Source: Camelus ferus
Taxonomy: Eukaryota
Assembly: GCF_009834535.1 (NCBI RefSeq)
Contig: NC_045697.1
Span: 113,958,001-114,022,000, forward strand
Reading direction: 5' to 3'
DNA: 64,000 nucleotides
Positions 40,471 to 54,349 of the stretch are shown here, piece after piece. The notes under the pieces were generated by a model. That model had not been told where the DNA came from. It was given only the letters and a program-made list of their open reading frames with translations, and ran no database searches. How positions within the stretch are numbered: position 1 is the stretch's first letter; each line of letters begins with the position of its first letter. The position numbers and the translations under genes are program-made.

Positions 40471-40854
40471 AATCTAATATAATGTGATATTCTGAAGTTG
40501 GAGGCTATCTTTGCTCCATTTTACTGCCTTTGCTTTTTTGCCAAAGATCAGTTGACTATCTTTATGTGGGTCTGTTCTGGACCCTCTACTCAAAATCTGA
40601 CAAAATAACTCCTGGAAATAATAAGTGATTATTTTATAGAACTATTTATATTATTGCAAAATTTCAGGCTATATAAAGCCGCTGTTGGCCTCTTTAGTGT
40701 GATTTCAGAAAAAACAACGTGAAGATGATGAAAAGGGTCTACATTTGGACAGATGTTTCAAATGTTTAACAAAACAATAATTAATTAAAAGCTATAACTG
40801 TTAACACAAATTAGATATGGTTAAAATAATGCCATATTTTATTACAGTGCATCT

Positions 40855-41040
40855 GAAGATATATATGGATACATTTTATATGTATGTACATTCCTATATG
40901 TCTGTATTTAGAATTATATATAATAATATATTTTATAATTACATAATAATTATTTTATTATATTCTATATAATTAAATTATATAATATTATTACATATTA
41001 TATATATTACTATAATATATAAGTATACATATAATTAAAA
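40855..41040. repeat. AT-rich low-complexity (TA-rich) tract
   Basis: Read directly. Confidence 0.8.
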
Positions 41041-42107
41041 AACATACATGTTTCATTGTTAAAAAATGTAGGAATTCATATATTGCAGTCAGTTTATGAG
41101 ACACTAAAATTAATCAGTTACACCCAATTTAAGATCTAAAATAGTATTTCCCTAGAATATTATCTCTATAACTCACTTCCCTGAGAAGATTAACGATATG
41201 CAAACCATAAATGGCAGAAATAACACTGAAAAGAAGAAATTAAAGACTCCAATTAAGAAAAGAGTAAGAGAACACACAACTATTGTAATGAGAAAAATCT
41301 CTTGCTTTATCACATTATATATTAGATTTTTAACAAGTCTTAAAAATGAACTCATATTTCATCTTTGAAGAATAAGGAAGTAAAAGGTACTTAACTCTAC
41401 TGAGTTCTACATCCCTCTCAGCACCACAGGCATGTGGCAAGCGTTAACATAGTGTCAACAGTGTATCACTCAATGTAGCAATCTCGTATCATCAGCTGAG
41501 TATTGTTGGCTTTTATTTTTTGTATTTATCTTTTAAGTTTATTTTGAATTGATAGATATTTAAGATACATACGTGAATATATTTGACAATTCACATGAAG
41601 CTTGCTCATATTTAAGCTGTATTGTATTGGAATAAATGTTAAGGCTACATTGTTTGTCCACAGAACTATTTCTTTCTTTGAGTGGAGAACATTTATTAAG
41701 TATTAGAGTTCCTAAGGGAAGGAATGTGTAGACATCTGTGAGTGATCACTAGTTCCCTTTCTATTTTATGCTTAGCTTTAACGTTATGTGGTTGTGACCA
41801 AGAAATAACACACAAAAATGGCATGTAGGCAGAAAGCTGAGCATAACGCCCTCTTGATTCTACTTCTGTTTCACCTGGAATATTTAGGATTTATTTTTGT
41901 ATACAGTTTGATTCATAATGTATTTTGATTCATAAAAAAGTCTAGTTTAAATACAATATTTCAGTTGCTTAATAAAAATGAAAATATTAGAATGGATGGT
42001 CTTGGTTACTTAGTCATTTTGTGGATTATGGTTTCCAATGGCTTAGCTAGTTCCAAAAATCAAATATATCCCCAAAGGATAAAGATAGCTGCAACTAAAT
42101 AAACGAA

Positions 42108-42168
42108 ACACACACACACACATATAGTCTATACATAAGTATATATATATACACACACGTATATATGT

Positions 42169-42198
<30 letters not shown>
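42108..42198. repeat. Compound (CA)n/(TA)n microsatellite
   Basis: Read directly. Confidence 0.9.
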
Positions 42199-42199
<1 letters not shown>

Positions 42200-43029
42200 T
42201 CTTGAACATAGACTATCCCAAGTTCTGAAGAAATAATAAAAAATTGCCTTGGAAGACTTTTTTTGGTAAAAAAAGAAATACATATATGTATATATACATA
42301 TTTTTTAAATTGAGGACAATTCTAAAAGATTTTTCTAGGAGAAAATACTAAAATTGGGGGAAACATAATTGCTTTTATTTATACATACATGACAAAAGCA
42401 TCACCGAAAGTTAAAGTTGAAATGCATCTTATCTGTCTACAAATCTAACATCTTCACCTGGCTAATGAAAACTTTAGGTCCTAATTGTTATGTGCCCAAG
42501 TTGTTAGCATCAAGTAGAGATGGATTTGCGAATAAAATCCTGATCTAACGAAGAGTAGATAGAACTCTACACAATAGCAATATACTTTTTGATAAATTTG
42601 TTCAAAACACTCTGTCATAGTATTTACATGCATGCAGCCTATGTGTGTATTGTGTGTACAGATATTTCCATCACAACAGTATTTCTACCAACTCTACCCA
42701 ATTTTCAGCTCCTATATAGGAACATTTTCTTCAAAACTTGGAATTCCAAATAACTATGTATTTCCACAAAAGAAAAGAAATTCCTTTAAATTCTCCCTGT
42801 GAAATATCACCCAACTATTTGAGTCCATCATTATAATAACCTCCCCCCACCTTTAAAAAGGTAAATATAATCAATCTAAATGCTGTAGATAAAAATCTCT
42901 TGCTGTGTTCAGTGTCCCTCTCTCTGGAAAATGTTCCTAAAGATCTTAGGGGTTTTCCTTTTGATTGATATAATAAAATACCCTGTTCACTTCCCAGACG
43001 TCTGCATTCATTGCCCTTGAGAGCATTAT

Positions 43030-43248
43030 TTCTGTGAAATGTTCTGCTGAAAATGGATTCTAATGACCAAGTCATTTGGAGAAAACTGCGTATTATGCTT
43101 CTGTGGAAATCCACAATGCACAGGAGCATATTAAAGTCTGAGAAATATTCTAAACTTTACTTAACCTAGAATTTCCCAACTAAATGAACTATAGAGAATT
43201 TTGAACACTTTCTGGTATTCTGGGAAACAATTTGGGAAACTGCTCTAG
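43030..43248. mobile_element. hAT-Charlie-type DNA transposon relic (MER103-like); a related fragment lies near 6930-7030
   Basis: cacaatgcaca..agcatattaaa..tctgagaa...tttcccaa...tttgggaaactgctcta. Confidence 0.45.
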
Positions 43249-43529
43249 TGACTTTTAGACTTAATTGCTGCTATACACAGCAGCTGACGACTTTGACATC
43301 TCTTGAAATTAACCATGTCAAGGATCTGGCTTAATATCTTTCTGCAGTTACAGATACTACAGTGCAATTAATCCAGTCTCTATTTTAGGGTATTTTTTTT
43401 TTCTAGAAAGAGAATGTTGATGCTATATTTTGAGAATTATGATACAGGATTTAAATCACAAACTGGCATGTATGAAGCACTCTTTCTCAAAATACTGCTA
43501 TCAGTAACCAGACTGTATTGTTAAAGAAC

Positions 43530-44130
43530 ATTATTGAAATAAATCAATTTTCAATTTTTAACTTGATGCAAATAGATACAGTAATGTACCAAGGCAATCA
43601 TTGTACATTTAGATACATATTTTTATATGTATACGCTCACAATGCTAACACTCAAATTAAAATGCAGACTATTTCCTGCAATCCAGAAGTTTCTTCTTAC
43701 CACTTCTAATCAATCCCATCTTCTGAAGGTAATTACTCTTCCACATTTTTTCACCATAAATGTTTTGCTTTTGAACTCCATATAAATGGAACCCTACTAA
43801 TAGGTACTCTTTAATGTATTACATTTTTCTCTCTTTTTTGTTTTGCTAAATACTCTGTGATATTTATCTACACTGTTGAATATAGTAAAGACATATTGTT
43901 TTCATTACTCTAAAGGGGTTTATCACACAAAATTCAGTTTTGTTTGTGTTGTTCTCTTGGTGTATTCTTGACTATTTTCCAGTTTGGGGTTATTCAGACA
44001 GTCTTGTGTATGCCTTTTACTGGGCACGTGCATTTGTTTCTCTTGAAGTGTAGATGTAAGATCATAGGGTTGGTGTATATTTAGCTTTAACAGATAATTT
44101 CAAATAGTTTTTCAAAGTGTTTGTATCAGT
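43530..44130 (-). mobile_element. L1ME-like 3' end
   Basis: ttttgaactccatataaatgga, ttttccagtttggggttatt, caaatagtttttcaaagtg. Confidence 0.7.
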
Positions 44131-45069
44131 GTATTTATTTTTGTAAAATATTTTAAAATGACTCTTAAGAATTATTTTAGTTCTAGATCTTTCTTTTGTC
44201 TACCTAGTTAAAAAAAAGGGGGGATGGGAGCAGATGTTATATTAATGCAACTGCTGACAAATGTTGAGCAAAACAATTACAGGATGATTAAGGGACTGAA
44301 TATTCATTCTTTAAGAGGAAAGAAATACTAAAACTGAAGCTCTAGAATTTCTTGCTTAGTCCCCTTGGAAAGTTTAATATAATGTGAATTAGAATGCAAT
44401 ATCCAACTCAGAAACAGTCACTCCTCAATTATGTATTTATTTTAATGATAAACACATCACAGCACTTTATAGCTTAAATGTTTCTTAAAGGTATTTATCT
44501 TTTTTGACATATGAGGAAATGTAGGGATTATCCATTTCAACTTCTTACAGCTTTTGTACATGGCAAAAACATCAAAGTTCTTAACATGATTTGTTTAATT
44601 ATTTCATATAAAGTAGTCTCTCAGGTATGGCATTTCATATTTATACTCTTTAATGTAAGGCATTTGAAACAGCTTTTATCTTTCCTCAATCCTTACTAAA
44701 TTGACTTCAGCATTTTATTTTTAAAATGTTTGCTGATAATTAGTAAAATCAGATTTTACTGTAGAAAGTGTTATTCCTCTGAAAGAGTGCTTGCCACTGA
44801 AAAGCACATTAATTTTGGTATTCATTTCTGAATATCTTATTTTTCTCACAATCTTATTACCATTAATTATAGAGACTTGCTGGACCTAGCAGCTTATTGA
44901 AATTGCCAACATTTATAAGATAGAAGCCTCTAAACCACCAGAAAACACAGACAGCTATTTTTTAATTATGTGACAATTGGTAGAATTGTTGAGTTTCTAA
45001 ATGAAGCTACTGTAGCTTATTTCTCTTTTTCTTATTTCTTTTTAACTTATCAAACAATAAAAAAATGAC

Positions 45070-45428
45070 TGTCTTAATCAGTTCAGGCTGCTCTAATGAA
45101 AACACTATACTGTAGACTGGGTGGGTTAAATGACACTTATCACAATTCTGAAGACTTGGAAGTCAATCATCAAGGTGACAGCAGATCTGGTGTCTGGTGA
45201 GAGCATTCTTAATGATTCTCCCTATATCACCACATGACTGAGAGAGACAGAGAGACAGAGAGAGAGAGATAAAGAGAGAGCTCTCTCTTGTTTCTTCTTG
45301 TAAGGGCACTAATCCCATTCGTGAGGGCTGCACCCTCATGACCTAATTACTTCCCAAAGTCTTCACCTCTAAATACCTCCACACTGGAGGTTAAGCATCA
45401 GCATATTACAAACATTCAGTCCATAGCA
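45070..45428 (-). mobile_element. MLT1A-like MaLR solo LTR, complete
   Basis: TG...CA termini (tgtcttaatc...gtccatagca) and perfect 5-bp TSD atgac at 45065-45069 and 45429-45433. Confidence 0.92.
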
Positions 45429-45726
45429 ATGACCTCAAAAGCATCTCCGTCCATTGTTGTGGTAGTGCTGTTACCAGGAATGTGTAAGTCAAGCGGAGTG
45501 ATGCCTGGCAGCAAAATGACCATCTGCTGGGAATTTCACCTCTTACCAGTTATAAGTGATCATAAATACGACTCACTCCCAACAGTAAACTTCTATCTAG
45601 TGTCATCATGGTGAAACATTACACAAATCTGCAGAAAAAGGTTTTAAATTTCTGTCAAATTTCTTTGTAGCATTTTAAGAATAGTTCAAGATTCACAGAA
45701 GCAGATGGACTCCAAGGGCCTGTAGA

Positions 45727-45905
45727 GCAGTGCTATACATCTTAAGGGCACATCAGCACCACCAGGGAGCATACAGAAGTACAGATGTCTGGTCGGTTCC
45801 CTTAGAAACCTAATCAGAACTTCTGGGATTGGGCGCCAGGCATCGATATTTATAAAGGTTCCTGCATAATTCTAAAGTGCATTCAGGGTAGATAACCATT
45901 ATGCT
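45727..45905. mobile_element. MER5A-like DNA transposon relic
   Basis: cagtgct...catcagcaccacc...aatcagaacttctggga...ataattctaaagtgca. Confidence 0.65.
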
Positions 45906-46083
45906 AATGGCTAGAATTCCATATCTAAGAGTTGAATATAAAAGTAGAAAAAACATAAGAATATCAATTTTTAAACAGGCAATATTAAGCATTTTTCAAC
46001 TTAGAAATTAAATATAATCGTATAATAAGAACATGGAGAGAGAATATATTCAAGTCATATATAATAGTCTATTATATATTATT

Positions 46084-46150
46084 AGAAAATATATATTCTA
46101 GAAAAGAATATATTCTAGAAAGAATATATATTCTAGAAGGAATACGTATA
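46084..46150. repeat. Tandem repeat of about 18 bp (atatattctagaaaaga), about 3.5 copies
   Basis: Read directly. Confidence 0.85.
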
Positions 46151-47333
46151 GAATTTTCAATATTTCTAAATGTTAAACATATGTATATGTATAAAATAAT
46201 TACATAAGTAAATTGAGTATAAGTAATAAAGTAAAATGATTCCATATATAAAGAAAGCCACTTTGATGGAAACTTTGTGCAGATGTCAGGGATTATTTTT
46301 ACCACTGCAGTCTTTGTCAGAACAAAGGAAATAATAATGCAGCGACATGAAGCAGGGAGGATGTAAATGTGTGATGCCTGAGGTGGGTGGCTGACTATGA
46401 GATGTACATGACGTTAGCGGAGGAAAATCAAACCTATAATCTTTGGAGCCACAATCAAGCCCTGGGAGAGTGAACCTCCAAACAAATAATAAGAACAGAA
46501 CTTCCAGAGGGCATGTTTGGATCATCTCTTTAATTAGCCTCCTTTAATTGTCCGGTTGGCTGGGGAAAGCTGCTTGGAAACTTTTAATGACAATTTACGG
46601 TGAACAGAATCCCCAAAGGGGCCAACACCTTTGTTGAGGCCAGAGAGATTCTGTTCATAATTAAGAAAATATATTTGGCTTAAGCCACAACTGACAGCAG
46701 TTGAAAAATATGAAGCAAGGTGGTGGTGTAAGGCAGGTAGTTAAAATCTTCCAATATTAATCTACTTTTATTTAAGTGTGTATTATGACAGAGATTTCAA
46801 TAGTATATACTTAAACGTGCAGGGAAATAATTCATCAAGCAAAAACTTGCAAAGTGCAATGGACATGCATAAGACAAGTATTCAAACTGGTTTTGGGGGG
46901 TGGATTAAGTGAAGAAACAACTTAGCTGAAACCTGAAAATAAATGTTGGTGGTACATAGTAAAAAGAAGGAAAAAATGTTCTAAGCAGGAGGAAGGTCCT
47001 ATATATTCAAAAACCCTGAGAACTATTTCAATATTTTCAAGGTTTAAGAGTATTCAGACTACAGGAAAAGAGAGGCAGTGAATCCTTTTAAAGAGGTAAG
47101 GAGCAGAGAGGTGATGGAGGATACTGGAAACAACCAGTAAAACCTTTGGCTCTTATTCTGGGATTGACAAGGGGGCAATGGAAAGAGTTTAAAGAGAAGA
47201 AAATCAAAGTTAGTAATTTTGTATATCTTAAACATAAAAAATAATTTGCTAATTTTTAATAAAACATAATTTTGTAAAGAAGCTAATTTTTATCACGCTT
47301 CAGCTAATCATATTTTGGAAAGTCCAGACATTC

Positions 47334-47806
47334 TGTTCCCCACCAGGTTCTTTGACTTCTTAATCAATGGACATTGATAAGAGGCCAGGCAAGAAATTCA
47401 GTCAAGGCTTTACTGGGACTTGTGCTGCAGTACTGGGGAGCAAGAACTGCTAACTGGTTCCCTTGCTCACTCCCCAGGGTGGGGAGCTGGTCCCTTAAAC
47501 GGGGTGAGGTTAGAGGTGGGTCCAAGGGTCAAGCCAGAGGGGTGGCTTTGGTGTTCTGCCCACCTTCTTGGTGGTAGAGTGTGCAGTAACCCATGTACAG
47601 TAACCCTGATTTTGCTCCAGACACCTCAGAAATGGCATTTGGGTTTTGGTCTTTGTGTATCTTGTTTACAATTTGCCCCAACTGGCATGCCGGCAGTTAT
47701 TTTTAGTGCCTTATGGTTTCTTTGTATCTTGTTGCTCCAGGAGACATTTGTCCAGGTGCCAGCACTGCAGCACAGGGTCCCAGGTCCCAGGTCCCAGCCT
47801 GTCTCA
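47334..47806 (-). mobile_element. ERV1-class solo LTR, complete (473 bp)
   Basis: TG...CA termini and perfect 4-bp TSD attc at 47330-47333 and 47807-47810. GC-rich relative to flanks. Confidence 0.88.
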
Positions 47807-47908
47807 ATTCTGCACAATAACCTGGAACTCAGCTTGCACTGCTGTTTAAGTAGGCCCTTAACCTGCTTGAGAGTTAGCAATACTACTACAAACCCACTCC
47901 CTTTAGGC

Positions 47909-48054
47909 AGTGGTTCAGAAAGTGTGGTTCTGGAATTGACCCCACCAGCACCCTTAGGGAATTTGTTAGGAATGTTAACTCTCAGATACCATCCAGCTCT
48001 ATTAAATCAGCCTTCCTGGTAATTCTGGCTCAAGATAAAATTTGAGAACTACTG
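47909..48054. mobile_element. MER5A-like DNA transposon relic
   Basis: cagtggttcagaaagtgtgg...tttgagaactactg terminal inverted repeats. Confidence 0.7.
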
Positions 48055-51000
48055 GCAAAAGCATAACTCAAAATGTTCTAGTTTTCTTCACATAACAAAA
48101 TAGCTCCCTTTTTCCCTCCAAATAAAATCAAAATGTCTAATAAGTATATAAGAATTTAAATCATATCTGTTCCTTCTCTTAACATAAGATAGTTGATCAC
48201 AGTGTGTTATTATTTTGAATGTGTTAAAAATCTAGTTTACCAGATGATTATCTTTTTGTGATTAAATAATCTCAAAAATGCCTGTTAGTCGTTCAGCTTA
48301 TAGTCGGTAACTTTGCATAACTTGCAACCACTTGTAAGTGGATGAAACTCCTCATTGCAACGTGAAAACATGCTATTTTGACAAAAATCTATTCCCTTGT
48401 AGCTTTCACTTACTGGTGCTAATTCAGCTTTGTGATTTGTTTTTTCATGAAATAGCAAATAGTCTTCCCAGAGAAGCCCTGGAAATATCTGAACAGGGCT
48501 GCCATATTCTCTGAAATGCTCTATTTCTTAAGCTAATTTTTTTTTAGTTTTATTAACTGTTATTTCTATGACTTGGTTTCAAGTCCCTCTGCCTTCTTGC
48601 TTTGCTAAATACAATCTGTTTTAACCCTTCCCCGTGAAGCGCATTGTCTGGAATACAACCCAGTTCTCTAGGTGTGGTTTTCCCCCCAACCTAACCTAAA
48701 ACTTCCTTCTTGATATGACATTTGTATCAAAGTACTTAAGTTGTTAATAATAAATTAGTTGTTTCTTTTTTTTTTCTTTTTTCCCCATCCTATTAAAGAT
48801 GGTACACATTAGTTACTCTAGAATCTACAGTCTAGAATCAAAATTTTTGTTTTTGTTTTTGTTTTCTTTTTTTGGTGGGAGAGATGTTTTTTCTATCATG
48901 TGGTTAAGTCAAGCTCTTTTATTGTGAATTTGGTGGACTCTGGGTTTTGAGAATTAAACCAGTGTCTTATCTTTATTTTTGTTAAAAGATAAAAATCCCC
49001 GTTTTATTCATTTTGTTCCACTTAGATTTATGTTACTGTCAAATCAATATATTATTTTGTCTATACCAGGACAATGCCTGCAACTTACAGAATGTTGATA
49101 TAGCTGTTCTTATTGAAAACGTGAACAAGTATGCAAACAGGTGTGAGGGCCCTTAGTTGTTCCAGAATCAACCTATCAGCACCCCTTAATGATACTATGA
49201 AATGTATTCCATACTTTACTGAAGTGAAGATCTATCCTCTCTCTCCTTGTGATAACCTTCAGAAGTGAAAATAAAAAATGTAGTACATGGTTAATTTTTA
49301 CTTAATCATCAGACTCTTAGCCGGTAAGTGTCCAAAGCCTTTGCTCAGTAATTGCTTTTGGAAAATTGTCTCGAATTAAAATTCTTCTATCTGTGATTTG
49401 ATGAATCTGTTTTTGGTTTTGAGGACTTTTTTTGGGGGGGGGGTAATGGGAGAGAGTGAGGAGAATGGAATTCATTTAGACCATAAATATGAATTTGATT
49501 AAAACAGGAATAATTTGTGTCTATAACCCCTTTAATTTTTCTAAGCTTTTATTTACCAGTGTTTTCCCAAGGTTTCATTCTCTTGATTAAAGTCAAAACA
49601 AAGCAAAAGCAAGTTGAAGATCTTCCCTTTGTGCATGGCAATCATAACAGAACAGCAGACCTGTGATTTGCTTGATTTTCCCCCAATACAAATAAAATTA
49701 AAAACTAATAAATAGCCAAGCAGGCTTTTGTTCAACTTAACTTCCAATAATTGGAGTAGTCTTGTATCAGCTACTCTAAGAAATGATCATTGCAGAGTTT
49801 CATTTGGGCAGAATTTAAATTACTTTTTTTTTTCATTCTCTTATTCAAAAAGAATAAAGTTTGATTTATTTCCCCTGAGCAGAAATAAGGTAGCCATCAT
49901 GGTGAAGAACCCAGGGAATCTGAAGAGAGTTCTGAAACCTCTAAGTTGCTGCATTTTATATAATCACACAATTACATTTCCTCAGATTCGGTGCATAAGT
50001 AAATCACCTTTATAGATACAAAAAATAAATTTCTTATCAGAAACAAGTCATTACTTGAAAATATACAAAGAATGGTTACCTTGCTACACAGGATAACGTG
50101 TAATGTTAAGGCATTATTTATACACTTGGATTTAACTAAATATTCAGACATACTTCGTTCTATTTTTTAAATTATAGAACATTGCTGAAATGTTAACTTC
50201 GTCTTTCGAAGGTTAAAATTATATTGTGATTTTCCTAAATGGAGGTGTCTGTTGAGTACATAGGAATTAAAGTTTGAACTCTTTGAAAAAAATGAAAAAT
50301 CAGCTCAATAATCATTTTGAAAGACACAGGAAAACCGAAGGGGGAAATAATCCCTTCCAGGCAAAATACATTTGGAATAAAACACACAAATTGCCACCAT
50401 TTCAACATTAAAAGAAGTAGTAAAAAGGGAATTATATTTGAGATTGGGTCAATTTTCAAAAGCATCCCACAGAGATAAAAGCCATAATGACTTAAACATA
50501 ATAATTGTTAAAAGTTTTATGAACACTCAAATATCGTTAATGTTGACAGTGGAATACCAGGTCGGGACTTAATTGAGAAAGCAACATCCATTATCAAAAC
50601 TGAAGCTTGAGAAAGCATAGCAAAAACAAGGTGGTAAGTCAAAGGCAGTAATATGTGCGGTGGAAATGATGTCAAGGAAGGAAAAAAATATGAGCATATT
50701 TCCCCTAATCTATGATACAGAAGTTTTGGATTCAGCCTGGTGCCTTGTGAAATCAGGTAGCTAAAGCATGTGTTTTGATAATGGTTGAGTTAAGAACACA
50801 TTAAATCCATTAAGTATTAAGGGAAAGAGCGAAAAGAAAATTAAAGTTGGCATCTGGCGCCTACATTGACAGTGCCCTGAGGCTAATCACGGATAAAATT
50901 TCAGAGACCACCTTCCAACATGCTGTATTTTTTTAAAAAGCCGATTCCATTTACATTCTGGTTCTATTTTCATATCATTTACCTTCTTTCTCGTTGACGG

Positions 51001-51884
51001 TGTCTACGGATAAGATGCCACACTAGAATGAGCCCCTGTTCAGCAAATCGTTATATTGACTCTACCAGGTTGTTAAATAATAAATGGCATATGTTTTCAG
51101 TGGCCTCCTTAGAAATAAAAGATGAGTCTGACTCAACCGAGACAAGTCTGAGCTTGGCTTCCCACCCAGACGTATGCTGTCTCTTGTTTGGAGGACCGAG
51201 AGGAAAGGCTGGGTGGGGTTCCTTTCCCATCTTATCTTGTTTGATTTATCTGGGTTCTGCCCACTGATGGAACGAATCAATTTACAGGTTGGCCTTTGAC
51301 AAAACAGACGCCAGGCTGGAAATAAATGTGAGTTAAATCGTTCTCACCGATGCCTGCCTGCGGTCCGCTGCATTAGGCATAAGGTCCTCTCCCTAGGGGC
51401 CCTTTGAACTCCCAGGCTCCACTGTGGTCCGTTATATGGTGTCGGTTGTGAATGGACTCTGAGACTTGCCTGTTAAATGCCGCTGGGTGCCACTGACCCA
51501 GGAAAACCCTAATTTTGTATAAACTCCAAAGCTGCTAAACCTTGAGATGCAGGCATTAAAGGATGAACAATGAAATATTCATCTTTGAAAAATTAGAATG
51601 CTTCCTACGGTGAAGATTATTTAGAGGGCAGACATTAAAAGCGTTTTTGCTAAAATTCACTTTTCAGCTAAATCAATCTAATAATATATTTTGAGCTTGG
51701 GATTTCAATTCTTATTTTGGAAAAAAAAAATCCTATGGATATAATTTGTACAAAATAATATTGTCTAAAACACCAAGGCTTATTAATGCTTGGTCACAGC
51801 AATGCTTTTATTTATTTTATTTTATTTTTGTTTTGCTTTGTTTTGTAAATCGGTACTTGCTGACCTCTGCCCTTGGGTATTTTC

Positions 51885-52090
51885 TTTTCTTTTTTTTTTT
51901 TTTTTCTCTTATTGAAATACAGTTACAATGTGTCAATTTCTGGTGTACAATGTCCCAGTCATGCATATACATACATATATTCCTTTTCATATTCTTTTTC
52001 ATTAAAGGTTATTATAAGATATTGAACATAGTTAACCTGTGCTATACAGAAAATTTTTTAAATCTATTTTTATATATAGTGGCCAACATC
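51885..52090 (-). mobile_element. Lineage-specific L1 3' terminal fragment
   Basis: Poly(T), then ttattgaaatacagttacaatgtgtcaatttctggtgtaca... Confidence 0.88.
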
Positions 52091-53751
52091 TGTGAATTTG
52101 GGAGTTTGAGATTTACAAATGTTAGCCACAGCAATGCTTCTAAATGAAGCCAATTGAAATATCCTAAGTTCCTTTTAGTCAATTTATTTAGGATTTGAAA
52201 GCTGTGTTTAGAAGGCCCTGTATTGAATCTACTGCACAGTTTGTCAAATTCACATTAAAAACTTTAATAGCAAAAAAAATTAGCAAATTTGGAAGCATGG
52301 GGGATTTTGTTCAGATTCAGTTTCAAATTATTGATACTCTAATTAAGATAAAAAGCAATGATTTGGAGACAAGATAATGAGGTGACTCACGTCCCACTAG
52401 AAAATTAGTAAAACTTTGAACCACGATTTTGTAATTCATTTAAAGGAAAATGCTAGTCTTTGGTACATTTATAAAGAGTACACTTTGTAGTACTTTACGA
52501 AAATGTCTAGAATGAACCTCAGTACCTTACTGCCTTACTTCAGTACCAGTGATGCAGTAATGAACAGCAAACTCTTCCCCCGCCCCCTCTCTTTTAATTT
52601 GTCATTACACAGTATTGTGCACAGAGGGAAATAGCTCCTTAAAACCCTCTAGCAATCGGCTTATGCCCTGCAGCCTGAGATTTAATTATTCATGTCAGTT
52701 TCAGGATACGCATTAAATAAATTAAGTCAGGAAAAAAAAGATCCTTACAAATTTTTTCATAGAAAAATAAATAGAATAAAAATGGGAGTAAAATTACCCT
52801 TAAAACTGATTAAAATGAATCATATCTGAAGGGGCTTAGGGAACTCAGACACATATAATCTCAGTACTATGTTGTTTCAAGAGATGTTTTTCAGCTAGTG
52901 ATAAAAAAAGACAGACTACTTAAAAGTTCACGTGGAGCAGGACAAAATACAGCGTTCTAGGGAGGGGGTATAGTTTTTCTGTCTGCAATTTCTGTCATCT
53001 TACTTTTGGAAAAAGTTATGATCCCTCTAGGAATATACGCCTTCCTTTTCCCATCAAGATGGTATTTTATCTTTGGGCTGCTACAGTCCCTTAATTATCG
53101 TTGTCCTAAAGTGTGTACCCTATGCTTTATCTCTTCAACAAATCTAATGGATTTGTTTTAGGGAAAACTGACAATAGTTTCTTGTTTATACCACACACTA
53201 GCATTACCTCAAATCCAAAGTGCAATTTTGTGTCTTAAAAATTAGTCCCAATTTGATTATGTTGCGTGTTCTTCTTAGGTAATTTTTTCTTTTGTTCCTT
53301 TATTTTCCTTAAATGAATCAAACCTTCCTAATTCCTGCTCCAGTTCTCATGTTTATCATTGTCTCTTTGGACACTAAAATGCTTTGAGATTGTCCTGCTC
53401 CTGTCTTGAAGAACTTGCTAATTAAAGGGTAATTATCACCATATTGAAATGTTTACACATGAAAATTTAGGGACAAGTAAACATGAATACATTATTGTAT
53501 TTTTAATTTTATTGAATTTTTTAAACTTTTAAATACCTAAAGCAGTATATAAAAATATATAAGATAAACAAACTCATGAGCTCATAACCATATAATGAGA
53601 GATTCAAGATTGGTTTCATATTTCTTTTGGTAAAATAAAAAAGAAGAAGAAAAAAAAAAACACAGGTATACCTAAAGACCCTCTGTCCATCCCTCCCCAC
53701 TTCTCCATGTCCAGACGTCGTTTCTCCTATTGTGTAATGCAACTATCTATT

Positions 53752-53972
53752 TTTTTTAATTTTGTTTTTTATTCAAGGGTAGTTGATTTTCAATATTAGT
53801 TTCAGGTGTACAGCAAAGCATTTCAGTTATAAGTATAGATACAAATGTTTTTTTCAGATTCTTTTCCATTATATGTTATTACAAGAAACTGAATCTAGTT
53901 CCCTGTGCTCTACAGTAGGTCCTTATTGTTTACCTATTTTATATTCAGTAGTGTGTGTCTGTTAACCCCAAT
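53752..53972 (-). mobile_element. Cetartiodactyl-type L1 3' terminal fragment
   Basis: tagtttcaggtgtacagcaaag...cagattcttttccattata...agttccctgtgctctacagtaggtccttattg. Confidence 0.85.
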
Positions 53973-53974
53973 CC

Positions 53975-54336
53975 ATGTGCCCAGAAGAAGACACACTAAA
54001 TTCCACTAATTGTGGAATACAAACGGATATGATACTCACTGCACTAATTCAGCCATGATGCCAACCTTTGTAACCCTGTTATTAACCAGTCTCCACATGT
54101 GCTTGCATCTAAGGAGGATGTGCAGTGAACATGTGAGTGTCTCTACATCGACCTAGTGGTAACTGAGCAGGAAGAGGACCCAGCACATGGCTCCTACTTT
54201 CTGCTTATGCTGTTAGTGATAAAGTCATTTGCCTGTGAACTCTTGGTGTCTTCTGCCTGCATCCCTAACACTGGAGTGGAGTAACTGGTTAGAGTGCAAG
54301 TCGTGTAAATTCTCAGATCCTTCACAGTTCTTGACA
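53975..54336 (+). mobile_element. ERVL-class LTR 3' portion (MER54/MER73/MER74-like)
   Basis: Ends ...ctcagatccttcacagttcttgaca, with ataaagtc...gtgtcttctgcc upstream. Confidence 0.55.
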
Positions 54337-54349
54337 TCAGGAAGCTATC

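Noticed and set aside
45753..45772. REST/NRSE-like TCAGCACC (also near 41418)
   Set aside because: Left half-site only, with no GGACAG at the proper spacing. The 45753 instance is inside a MER5 relic.
47420..48022. Longest ORF in the track (200 aa)
   Set aside because: Runs through a solo LTR and a MER5 relic, starts at a non-ATG codon and resembles no protein I recognise.
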